Positions 8,767-18,284 of a stretch of 64,000 bases of DNA are shown here, in pieces. The stretch comes from an uncultured delta proteobacterium (GTDB lineage: Bacteria > Desulfobacterota > Desulfobacteria > Desulfobacterales > Desulfatirhabdiaceae). A model generated the notes under the pieces. The model was not told where the DNA came from and did not search any database. It worked only from the letters and a program-made list of their open reading frames with translations. The position numbers and the translations under genes are program-made. Positions within the stretch are counted from its first letter, which is position 1; each line of letters starts with the position of its first letter. The stretch lies in the NCBI GenBank assembly GCA_963789395.1, contig CAWBKP010000013.1:96001-160000 (forward strand), in the 5' to 3' direction.

Positions 8767-11463
8767 TCAATCATACTGACGCAGCCGGGTCGCCAGATAT
8801 CTTGCCATCGTCTTCCGGGCACAGGTGTAACACTGCGTTCTTGAGCCGGCAACCTGTATGACGGCCTGATGTTTGTGTTGAATATACGATAGGTATCCGG
8901 CAGTCCCCATGACCGCGCCGCAGCTATCGCAATGGACTAATTTCTGGCGGTTCAGAATCGTCCCGCACAGCGACAGCACCCTTTCTCCATTGATATCTTC
9001 CATTCTCATGGCGCCGGTAGGACAGTTGGCGGCGCAGGCGCCGCACAACACGCATCGCGTTTCGGTAATGGTAAAATCGGTTGGGCCGGGCCGGTCAAAA
9101 TCAAGATACCCCATTTTCAGGGCATCGACCTTTATCTTGTCCCGGCAGATTTCCTCGCAACGCCCGCATCGGGTGCAGATATCACAGCGAAGGCACCGGG
9201 CGGCCTCTTGCCGAACCCTTTTTTCCGGATAACCGGTTTCGACCTGCTGAAATGTTTTTCGCCTTCGCTCAATGGGCAGCAGGGTCATGGCGGGTCGTTT
9301 CAATTCCATTTTGACCTTGGCCGGTATGTCTATCCAGTCTATTCTGCCCCTTCGAACCGGAACCGGCGGCGTTCTTGGCTGCGGAATCTCCGACAGATAC
9401 CGGTCAATGGCATCTGCCGCGCGTTTGCCGCCGCCGATGGCCTCAATCACGGTCGCCGGCCCTGAAACCGCGTCTCCGGCCGCAAATACGCCGGGAACCG
9501 ATGTTTTCATGTTGACCGTGCTGGCGAACAGAGTATTTCTGCGGGTCCATTTGAGCCTGGGAATCGATGACAGGCAGTCCTGATCCACCTGCTGTCCGAT
9601 TGCGGAAATCACCGCATCGGTTTCAATCTCATACTCGCTGTCTTCAATCGGAACCGGAACTTTGCGGCTGCTGCCTTTCTGAACGATCATTTCCGCACGA
9701 ACACAGCGAATCGCAGTTACCCGTCCATTGCTACCAAGGCCGGTTCCGATTACGGCAACCGGAATGGTCAAAAATGAAATCCTGACCCCTTCTTCTTCGG
9801 CCTGCTCGACTTCCTCGACATCGGCAGGCATTGATGAGCGGTCTCTGCGGTATGCCAGAATCACTTCCTTGCAGCCCAGGCGCAGGCAGGTTCTGGCTGC
9901 GTCAATGGCCACATTCCCGCCGCCGACGATCACGACCCTCTCACCCGGAAGCTCCCAGTCTCCCAATGCCACGCGCCGGAGCAAATCTATGGCCTGAATG
10001 ACCTGGGGATAATCCGTTTCACCGGGAATATTGAGATTAAACGATTTATGGGCGCCAATCGCAAAAAAGAAAGCTTCAAATCCTTCGGCTTGTAAAGAAT
10101 CCAGCGTGACGTCTTTTCCAAAGCTGGTGTTAAACCGGAAATCCACCCCAAGCTCTTCGAGCATGGACACTTCCAGATCAATGACCCGGCACGGAAGCCT
10201 GTATCTGGGAATGCCCAGCAGCAGCATTCCCCCGGCCGTCGGCAGCGCTTCGATAACCCTGACCCCGTATCCCTTCAGACTCAGGTAATACGCGGCACTC
10301 ATGCCGGCAGGCCCCGCACCGACGATACAGACTTTCTGGCCTCTATCCGGTTCTTTAGGCGGATTGACATATCGGCCTTCCCGCATCGACTTCTCCGCGG
10401 AAAATGCCTTTAAATATTTAATGGAAATCGACTCGTCGATTCTTGCCCGCACACACATGAGTTCACAGGGCCGGGTACAGACCAGCCCGCAAACCCAGGG
10501 AAAAGGGTTGTCTTTTCGGATCACTTCGATGGCTTCGGCATCCCGTCCCATACCAATCAGGGTGACATAGGTCGGAATGTCCATACCGGCAGGGCAGGCC
10601 ATCTGGCAGGGAGCCGGCACAATTTTGACGCATTCGCCCATTGCGCAGTTGCCCGTTTGAACATGGCTGACAAACACCTCATTATATTCGGACAGCATCT
10701 GTCCCACGAATTTCCCGGTTTTTTTACTGATGTCATCGGGGCCTTCCGCGATGATTTTCAGCGCAAACGATTCGATGGATTGAAGATGCTCTGCGCCCGC
10801 CCTACCCCACGCCACGTCCTGTATCAATTCCAGAATTTTTTTTGCCCTTCTCCGGCTTTTGGGATCGATCAGGGTTCCGGTATCCAGAATCCGCTCCAGT
10901 TCAGCCATTACGGCATTCACCGGACAGCGTTCCGGCGGAATGGCTTCTTCTTTCTCATCTTCACCTGAAGGCATCAGGGCAGCAGTCGGTTTTTTCCGCA
11001 ATCCCGGCAACATGGGTTCTGTCGTACCAAATTCCAGGCAATGCGAGGTGCACACCGTCACACAGGCAGGTTTCTGCCCCCGATCGATCCGGTCCATGCA
11101 GAAATCGCACTTTATGGCCTGGCGTTTTTCCGGATCCCATTGTACCGATCCCCAGGGACAGGCGGCTATACAGTTTTTACAACCAATGCACAGCAGCGGG
11201 TCCACATAAACAATTCCATCCTTGGGGCGCTTTTTCATGGCGCCTGCCGGGCAGACCGCCACACACCAGGGCGATTCGCAATGGAAGCAGGACATCAATA
11301 CATGGGATACCCTGGGCAAACCGTCGATGACCGTGGGGCCGTCTGGGACGATCTGGCAGAGGTTCGAGCCGGATGGAAGGGATTTGTTGCTTTCACACTG
11401 GATTTCGCAGCTATGGCAGCCAATACATTTTTTTCTATCCTGAAACAAGTAGTAGTTGCTCAT
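8767..11463 (-). CDS. Multidomain Fe-S flavoprotein: DmsB-like 4x[4Fe-4S] domain, GltD/NfnB-like FAD/NAD(P) oxidoreductase, and C-terminal ferredoxin
   Basis: CIGCHSC, CFHC..PWC, CIGCKNC, CDFC; APCQMACP, CGLVCTRPCE, GAGPAG, GGGNVAIDAAR, AAGDAVSGP; EAARCLRC, CVLCGACAANCP. Likely start is MSNYYLF. Confidence 0.85.
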   Translation of the reverse strand: MSNYYLFQDRKKCIGCHSCEIQCESNKSLPSGSNLCQIVPDGPTVIDGLPRVSHVLMSCFHCESPWCVAVCPAGAMKKRPKDGIVYVDPLLCIGCKNCIAACPWGSVQWDPEKRQAIKCDFCMDRIDRGQKPACVTVCTSHCLEFGTTEPMLPGLRKKPTAALMPSGEDEKEEAIPPERCPVNAVMAELERILDTGTLIDPKSRRRAKKILELIQDVAWGRAGAEHLQSIESFALKIIAEGPDDISKKTGKFVGQMLSEYNEVFVSHVQTGNCAMGECVKIVPAPCQMACPAGMDIPTYVTLIGMGRDAEAIEVIRKDNPFPWVCGLVCTRPCELMCVRARIDESISIKYLKAFSAEKSMREGRYVNPPKEPDRGQKVCIVGAGPAGMSAAYYLSLKGYGVRVIEALPTAGGMLLLGIPRYRLPCRVIDLEVSMLEELGVDFRFNTSFGKDVTLDSLQAEGFEAFFFAIGAHKSFNLNIPGETDYPQVIQAIDLLRRVALGDWELPGERVVIVGGGNVAIDAARTCLRLGCKEVILAYRRDRSSMPADVEEVEQAEEEGVRISFLTIPVAVIGTGLGSNGRVTAIRCVRAEMIVQKGSSRKVPVPIEDSEYEIETDAVISAIGQQVDQDCLSSIPRLKWTRRNTLFASTVNMKTSVPGVFAAGDAVSGPATVIEAIGGGKRAADAIDRYLSEIPQPRTPPVPVRRGRIDWIDIPAKVKMELKRPAMTLLPIERRRKTFQQVETGYPEKRVRQEAARCLRCDICTRCGRCEEICRDKIKVDALKMGYLDFDRPGPTDFTITETRCVLCGACAANCPTGAMRMEDINGERVLSLCGTILNRQKLVHCDSCGAVMGTAGYLSYIQHKHQAVIQVAGSRTQCYTCARKTMARYLATRLRQYD

Positions 11464-11663
11464 AATCTTTCTCCCCATCGAAACGGGCGTTAGGAAACGA
11501 AGACGCGCACAGGACGCTTTACCCTGGCCGATCTTTGAGATTATGGTCAAGCTGGCTATCCCACGCTATCCATATTTCAAAACAAACCTTAATATCAGCT
11601 TAACGTAGGATTCCAATTTTATCAAGCACGATGACTGGGGGTTTTCGCCAACCGCTATGTTTC

Positions 11664-11846
11664 CTACCATTGCGGATTGTCCCGATGCATCTCGATATGT
11701 TCGCTGATTTCCCTGAGAACAAAATATCGGGTCAGCGCCCTTGCAAGTTCGGAATCGGTGGGCGCTTCGCCGGTTATCTCCGCAACATGCCGCCGTATTG
11801 CGTCAATGGCAGAGGCAACCGGATTCTCACTTGCCGCATGTATCAT
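11664..11846 (-). CDS. Small hypothetical protein
   Basis: 60-aa helical ORF whose start overlaps the MFS stop codon (ATGA), with a GGAG RBS. Confidence 0.55.
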   Translation of the reverse strand: MIHAASENPVASAIDAIRRHVAEITGEAPTDSELARALTRYFVLREISEHIEMHRDNPQW

Positions 11847-13106
11847 AAAGACTCCTTTTGCCTGTTTTCAAAGCCAATCCGATACAGTGTCATAATCAAG
11901 CCCCCGAAAAGCGCGATTCCCCCGCTGGTCATGAACAGGGCGCGAGAGCCGATGGTTTCGTAAAGATATCCGCTCAGAAAAAATCCCGCCATCAGCCCCA
12001 AACCGTAGCTGACCGCGTTGTTGACAGCCTGTCCGAGGGTTTTGGATGCTTCGGAAGACAGGGCATCCACGTAAAGGATGCTGGCCATGTGAAAGGCCCC
12101 GTATGTGAATGCATGCAGCACCTGGGTGATCAGAATCAGGGGGCCGCTGTCGATAACGGCAAGCAGGTACCAGCGCAAGGCCGCTATACTGAAAGAAAAG
12201 ACCATGACGGTTTCCAGGGCAAACCGCTTGAATAGCCGCTCGGAATGGATCATCACGATGATTTCGGCAGCCGATGCCACGGCCCATGAAATGCCGATAA
12301 ATGTTTTTCCGAAACCCAGTTTCTCCAGATGAATCGAGAAAAATCCATAATAGGCACCGTGGCTGAGCAGCATCAAAAACGCACAGACTCAAAAAAATGA
12401 CGCTCTTGCGGCTCATCAAACTCCCGGCGCCCCCGGAAAGCCCCTGGCGCTTGGCGGTTCGAACCGGCGGCACTCCCGCTGAAACCGCGGATTGGATGAG
12501 CCCACCGGCCAGAATCAGCGGCAGAATAATGCTGACCGGATAAGCGTCGATCACACGGCCGACCAGAATAACAACGCAGATAAAGGCAATGGAACCCCAT
12601 GCACGGGTCTGGCCGTATCGCTGTTTCTCCTTGCCCAGCACCCCCATGGTGAAAGCTTCCAGAAAGGAGATGATGGGAGAGAAAAAAATCCCGTACCCCA
12701 GGGTGATCATCACCAGCCACTCAAAGCGGACAGTAAGCAGATAAAGGGACCAGATAATCGCACTGGCGATGTTGCAGGAAACATAAATAGACTTTCTGGC
12801 CTGAAACCGGTCCGCCAGAAGGCCCCATAATACCGGAAACAGCACCAGCAGCACAGAGCGCAGGGCAGACAGCACGCCGATCTGAAACCCGCTGAGCTTG
12901 ATGTGGTAAAGATAGAGGTTAAAATACGGCAGATAAACGCCCATCACCCCGAAATACAGAAAATACTGGGCGCGAATCAAGAACTTCAGCCTGCCGGCAG
13001 GTTCACCGGGAATCATCCCCCCAGAACTGGTGGCGGCATTCATTTCCGTCGATATTTTCTCAGCCGGAAAATCTCCCATGAATAAGACTCTTATCACACC
13101 CTGCAT
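11843..13106 (-). CDS. MFS transporter (HcaT/MFS_1-like); frameshift near 12390 at a homopolymer
   Basis: YFLYFGVMGVYLPYF, WGLLADRF and YGQTRAWGSIAF in one frame; YYGFFSIHL, AEIIVM and LHAFTYG in the other. The start codon is uncertain. Confidence 0.85.
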
Positions 13107-13656
13107 CCGGTTTTCCAGTTGTTTTGTTTTTCGGATCTTTTAAGGCTGGGGCATTCAGGTCAGCCTGAACTGACTTGAACAAGAAGAATAGCGGGGTCTT
13201 ACTGCCTGAAAAAAACAATATCCAGCCTCATTCAAATAGTCTTGTAAATATTATACCCGCTTGAAATATATGTATCGTATTGGAAACAGGTGGGTTTTAT
13301 CGATCATGTTAAAATGGTTGAGTAGAATCTTTCCCATTGAACACCCCCTCGCGGAAAATAAATCCACGCTTATGAAAGTGTCCGTAAATTGGCTACCTCA
13401 TCAACGGCCAGAGGCGGGGGAAACCTGTCTTCTGGCAAAGATGCTGCCTTCTTTGTGCAAAAAAAGACAACGCATATACAATTTTTGCCGTCACCATGCT
13501 TTGGATCCGGAAGATGGGCACACATCGATTCAATCGGATATCCTGCAATTCAGGGGATCATGTTTGAGAAAGACGCTCTCAGATGCTTGCTGGGTATCAA
13601 TAATCCGCTGACAAGCCAGAAAGACACCGTGTAGATACATTTGACATGCTCATGGT

Positions 13657-13671
13657 TGGCACATTAATTGC
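13657..13671 (+). promoter_or_regulatory. Sigma-54 (-24/-12) promoter
   Basis: TGGCACATTAATTGC matches TGGCAC-N5-TTGC with exact GG-N10-GC spacing. Confidence 0.7.
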
Positions 13672-13792
13672 TTTTATTTTTTATGAATAAGTGGACTCTG
13701 TAGCAAGTAAATTTGCTGCACAGGTTTTGGGTATCGGCCGCTCTGGGAGGCGATGGAACGCTTCTCACACGGTATCATCAGAATATATCGGG

Positions 13793-13879
13793 GCACGAAA
13801 CGGCAAAACCGTCGAAAGGCGGTGACGCAAAGCCACTGGTCTAAAGCCGAAAGGCCATGACAGCAGGGTTGCCGAATGC
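13793..13879 (+). ncRNA. c-di-GMP-I (GEMM-I) riboswitch
   Basis: GGCAAAACC-GTC-GAAA-GGC-GGTGACGCAAAGCC...GGTCTAAA...ATGACAGCAGGGTTGCCG. Shows the GNRA tetraloop, its receptor and the conserved ACGCAAAGC junction. Confidence 0.92.
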
Positions 13880-13888
13880 AGCAGGTTG

Positions 13889-13926
13889 GCGCCTTCGGGG
13901 ATTATCCGCCCGAAGGCGTTTTTTTT
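13889..13926 (+). terminator. Intrinsic terminator forming the riboswitch expression platform
   Basis: GCGCCTTCGGG...CCCGAAGGCGT stem followed by a run of 8 T, directly after the aptamer and before the RBS. Confidence 0.85.
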
Positions 13927-13992
13927 GGGCCCCAGCCACGGCGCGCAGCGCCGATTTAATTATTTCTATCGGCCTAAAAAAGGAGATATTTT

Positions 13993-16187
13993 ATGGGTAA
14001 AAAGACGTCGATGATAAAAGTGTGGACCGGCGTTCTGGCGGTTGTCATGATTCTGGGGTTTGGAATTGCCGGAACCATCTATGGCAAGGATGAGCGATGA
14101 CCCGCAAATGACCGGATTGCCGGAATTCACGCCCGAGGAGCTGCAATATCAGAATATGCATCATCTCCGGGTAAAAAATGTCAAGTTGAACGATTTGGGT
14201 CTGACCCGGGTGAATGGGGCCAGAAAAGCAAAAGGGCTTAACAAACTCAGCGAAGCAGATGCCGATGTTGTGGAAATCGGAAAAGAAATTGAAGGCACTG
14301 TCGGCGCGGCCCCTGCGCCGGATGATGCTGCCGCGCAATCCCCGGGAGTCATTCCGGCGGCCGTGGACAACAGCACCCTGAAATATTTTCCGCCCATTCG
14401 CTCTCAAGGGTCATTCGGTTCCTGCGGCGTTTACAGCGGCACCTATTACGCAATGACCTATATGAATGCCTTGCCAATGATCTGGATGCCAAAAACGGCG
14501 GCGACGCCTATCGTCTCAGCCCCAAATGGACCTATAACATGGTCAACGGCGGGGATTACACAAATGGAAGCTGGTACTACTGGGCCTATGAAATCGGTCA
14601 GAAACACGGCTGCGCCACATTTGCGGAATTCCCGTATAACGGATCGACCAGCGATCCCGGCAAATTACAGGGCATGGTGCATGGATCCAACGGTGTGGAG
14701 AAATGCCATTAGCCGCCGGTTTGACCAGTTCGGCTATGTGGATGGAACCAACACGGACAATGGCATCGCGCAGGTCAAACAGTTGCTGATAAACGGCTAT
14801 ATCCTGAATATTCCGACTTATATCAGTTCCTGGCAGTGGAAAACCATCGGCAATGACCCGGCCACAACCGCCGATGATGCTTTTGCAGGTAAAAACTGCG
14901 CCTACTGGGTGAACGGCACCAGCGGGTATCATGCCATGACCGTGGTTGGCTATAACGATGACATCTGGGTTGACATTAATGGAAACGGCGCTGTCGATCC
15001 GGGCGAAAAGGGCGCTTTCAGAATCGCCAATTCATGGGGTACCGGATGGGGCGAGGGCGGCTTTGCCTGGATGGCCTATGATGCGTTAAAGAATCCGTCC
15101 GCGGTTTCCGGCGGGCCAAGCACCGGTCGCGTGACCGGCTGGTCTCCGTCCCGGGCCCACTGGGTCACCGCACGGCCTTCAGTATCAGCCCACCCTGATC
15201 GCCGAGTTTACACTGCATCACCAGCTTCGCAATCAGCTTCGCATGTCCCTGGGAATTTCCGATCATACGCGGACAACGCCGTCCACCACCTGGCCGTCCG
15301 TCATGATCAACAATGCCAAGTATAACAGCGGACCGTATGCATTTGACGGGTCAACCACGGCGGTCGATGGGTACGTTTGTACTGGATTTTACCGATATTG
15401 CGCCTGCCGGCTCCGGTTCCGATTACCGCTACTACGTCGGCATGTATGACAGCGCATCCGGAAATCCGGCGGAATTGTTATCCTTTCAACTCATTGATGT
15501 ATTAAACGGGGACTTTGAAACCGTCAGTTCGAATGTTCCGAAAGTCGCCGACGCCTCTCAGGCGTATGCGTATGCGGACTATTATTATAATAATGGAAAT
15601 CTTCCGCCTGTGGCGGTTGCATCGGCTTCTCCAGCGTCCGGCCCGGCCCCTCTGGAGGTAAGCTTTGACGGTTCCGGTTCTTCTGATCCGGATGGCACCA
15701 TTGCCTCATACAATTGGGATTTCGGGGACGGGACATCCCAGACCGGCGCAATCCTGATGTCTCTCATACTTATACAAGTGCGGGAACTTTTACCGCCACG
15801 TTGACGGTCACGGATAACATGGGCGCCACGGATCAGGACACGGTCAGCATCACCGTGTCGCCGGATCCCAGTAAAGTCGTCTACGTTTCAGATATTGCCA
15901 TGTCAAAAAGCCCGGTCAAAGGCGGCAATACGGCAACGGCGGTGGTCACCATAAAAGATGGATCGGGAAATTTGATGTCCGGAGCTACCGTGACGGGAAA
16001 TTGGACCGGCGTGGTTACGGGTACGGCTTCTTTGAAAACCGATGCTTATGGAAAAGCGACCTTTGTTTCAAAGAAAACAATCAAAAAAGGCATTGCCATA
16101 TTTACGGTGACAGGTGTCAGCCTGCCCGGATATACGTATAATTCCGGCTTGAATATTGAAACAAGCGCTTCCGTGACATTGCCTTAA
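13993..16187 (+). CDS. Secreted papain-family (C1) cysteine peptidase with PKD domain; about 6 frameshifts
   Basis: AGGAG RBS and signal peptide MGKKTSMIKVWTGVLAVVMILGFG. Catalytic motifs QGSFGSC, HAMTVVGY and NSWGTGWG. PKD motifs FDGSGSSDPDG, WDFGDG and HTYTSAGTFTATLTVTD. Confidence 0.85.
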
Positions 16188-16210
16188 CATTTACATGAAA
16201 CCGATATATT

Positions 16211-16241
16211 CCGTCATTCCGGGTTAAATACGGAATGACGG
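16211..16241. repeat. REP-like hairpin
   Basis: Perfect 11-bp stem CCGTCATTCCG/CGGAATGACGG. Confidence 0.6.
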
Positions 16242-16435
16242 GTGTATTTTCACGGTAAAGTAGACCGGGACAAAAAGCAGTACTTCGGTTGGCACAACAG
16301 GCTCATACGGCACGGTGGTGCTGACTTCATCCAAAGCAGCCAAGGGAACGGTTTCCTTCACGGCGTTGGTGACGGCGGTGTCCCTTGAACAGCTATACTT
16401 ACGTATGTCTCCCACAATAAACAATAAGACAATAA

Positions 16436-16577
16436 GGGGACGGATTTTTTATCGGTTGCCTCGGCCTACCCTGTCCTCTGAACTCCAACCGCCTTTCGAT
16501 TTTATACTCAATCTTTTCCACGAAACGCGGGCTACCGGTTAACTGGCCGCGCTGGAGTGACTGCCGGATCTGTCCCC
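16436..16577 (-). mobile_element. Remnant of a REP-associated tyrosine (Y1/RAYT-like) transposase C-terminus
   Basis: IRQSLQRGQLTGSPRFVEKIE..RRLEFRGQGRPR, bounded by the inverted motifs GGGGACGGAT and ATCTGTCCCC. Confidence 0.55.
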
Positions 16578-16829
16578 ATATTCTCCGCATCACTTTATAA
16601 ATTCGAATTGATGATTAAATATTAATTATAAGGTATGTGATGCCCGATCATTGCGGGATAAGGCCTGCAATTAGGTTATGGGGATCCCGTGGCTGCGATG
16701 GGCTGAATGCACCGAAATGATGCAGCATCAGGCAAATTCATCGCCCTATTACGGCGATCATATCAGCGGATCGGATATAAAGCGGGGGTGGTTTTTACCT
16801 TTCCCCGTGAAAGCATAAAGGAGGCTACC

Positions 16830-16976
16830 ATGGAAGATACCATTTTTTTCAGCCAGGAAGAGCTCCGCTGTGAGGAAAGATGCACATATGAATGGGTCGA
16901 TTGCGTTGAAACCGAGAATGGTTCCACAATCTGCAAGACCCGCGAGCGAAACTGTTTCGAGGACTGTTCGCTGTGA
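16830..16976 (+). CDS. Small acidic Cys-rich protein (48 aa)
   Basis: AAGGAGG RBS and 6 Cys residues. Confidence 0.6.
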   Translation: MEDTIFFSQEELRCEERCTYEWVDCVETENGSTICKTRERNCFEDCSL

Positions 16977-17004
16977 CAGACGATCAAAAACAGGAGGTAT
17001 TGAA

Positions 17005-17181
17005 ATGATGAAAAAAATATCCATAAAAGCGCGTCGCTGTTGTTCCACGGAAAAACAGCAGCTGGTATCGGAGCTCCGGGCATGTGATTATTGCTCGGAC
17101 AATTATAAAGATCATCATGACTGTTATCGGCGCGTTGCAAAAGAGAGTGGAAGGAATGCCGCCAATTGCTTGATTGCATAG
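17005..17181 (+). CDS. Small basic Cys/His-rich protein (58 aa)
   Basis: AGGAGGT RBS; CC, CxxC, HHDC and a terminal Cys. Confidence 0.6.
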   Translation: MMKKISIKARRCCSTEKQQLVSELRACDYCSDNYKDHHDCYRRVAKESGRNAANCLIA

Positions 17182-17249
17182 CATGGGTAAATCGATAATT
17201 CGGTTTTTACCATTTCCGTAATGCGTCCCACCATCACCGACAGTCATTC

Positions 17250-17283
17250 GCCATAGCCCGGGAAAACCGGGCTATGGCCTTTC
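17250..17283 (+). terminator. Intrinsic terminator
   Basis: 12-bp stem GCCATAGCCCGG/CCGGGCTATGGC followed by CTTT. Confidence 0.65.
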
Positions 17284-17495
17284 GGTAAAATAATGTGCCA
17301 GAAAGTAATATCATGTCCAGAATTGCACATCACAGTAACCCGTTTAATTATAAGAGTCTTTGACGGTAAATAGTCCAAAAGTGACTATTTGTATCCCGGC
17401 ATTCCCTCCAGTGATCCATCCAAGACGTAGGCATCCATTCTAAGTATTCTTCATTAATTCAGTATGTTTTATCGGTTTTCATCTTTTGGATCATC

Positions 17496-17510
17496 TGGCA
17501 TTCTCTTTGC
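17496..17510 (+). promoter_or_regulatory. Putative sigma-54 promoter
   Basis: TGGCATTCTCTTTGC with GG-N10-GC spacing. A perfect palindrome lies upstream at 17368-17390. Confidence 0.55.
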
Positions 17511-17594
17511 TCTTATCCGATGTCAGGGCAGTTGGGGAAGCGTTTGGTGAAATCGGACCATTTTTTGTAATAATTATTCAAGCAAAAGAGGCGG

Positions 17595-17780
17595 GTGGCT
17601 GAGAAACTTCAAGTTTATAAATGTGAGATTTGCGGCAATATTGTTGAAGTCCTTCATGGCGGCGACGGCGAACTTGTGTGCTGCGGTCAGCCCATGAAAC
17701 TGATTGTTGAAAGCAACGTGGATGCCGCAACAGTTACGGCAAGAGAATATTGTAACATACATGGGCTGTGGAAAGCATAA
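17595..17780 (+). pseudogene. dfx: Desulfoferrodoxin with an in-frame internal deletion
   Basis: N-domain [12 protein letters not shown]...VCCGQPM is joined directly to the C-terminal [12 protein letters not shown]. About half of the protein is missing. Confidence 0.85.
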
Positions 17781-17878
17781 CGGATAGGTTGGCAAATTAA
17801 ACGCTGAAAAAAATAAGTGAAAATTTGGTCCATCAACTTTCACCAGTAATCTCAACCCAATTTTTGAGGAGGCGTAAC

Positions 17879-18282
17879 ATGTCACAGCAAAAGAATGTAA
17901 ACGGAATCAATGTCGACCAGTTGTTCAGCACGATAGAGCAGGTTAAGGCAAATCCGGAAATTGCCCGGTTTCAATTTCGAGCAAAGAACACATGGATCGA
18001 AGGCACACACAACCGTGCTACTGTCAAGGATTTCTATGGTGCTCTCAAAGAGGACGACTCACGGGACTCTCTGGTTTTTGAGATAGATGAACCGCCGGTT
18101 CTCTGTGGTCGAAATCTGGGGGCGAACCCAGTGGAGTATCTTCTCGTTGCCCTGTCAGGTTGTCTGACGACGAGCCTTATCGCACACGCAGCCGCCCGGG
18201 GGATCGAAATAAAGAAAGTGGAATCCAGGTACGATGGCGACCTGGATCTTCAAGGCTTTCTGGGAATATCAGAGGAGGTTTA
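17879..18282 (+). pseudogene. OsmC family protein, C-terminally truncated
   Basis: DEPPVLCG, NPVEYLLVALSGC and DLDLQGFLG are present. Similarity stops at ISEEV. Confidence 0.75.
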
Positions 18283-18284
18283 TT

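Noticed and set aside
13261..13634. 116-aa and 81-aa ORFs in the intergenic region
   Set aside because: TTG starts, no RBS and no recognisable motifs.
13793..13879. c-AMP-GMP-sensing (GEMM-Ib) variant
   Set aside because: By manual alignment the specificity position is G, not A. A binding test would be needed to be certain.
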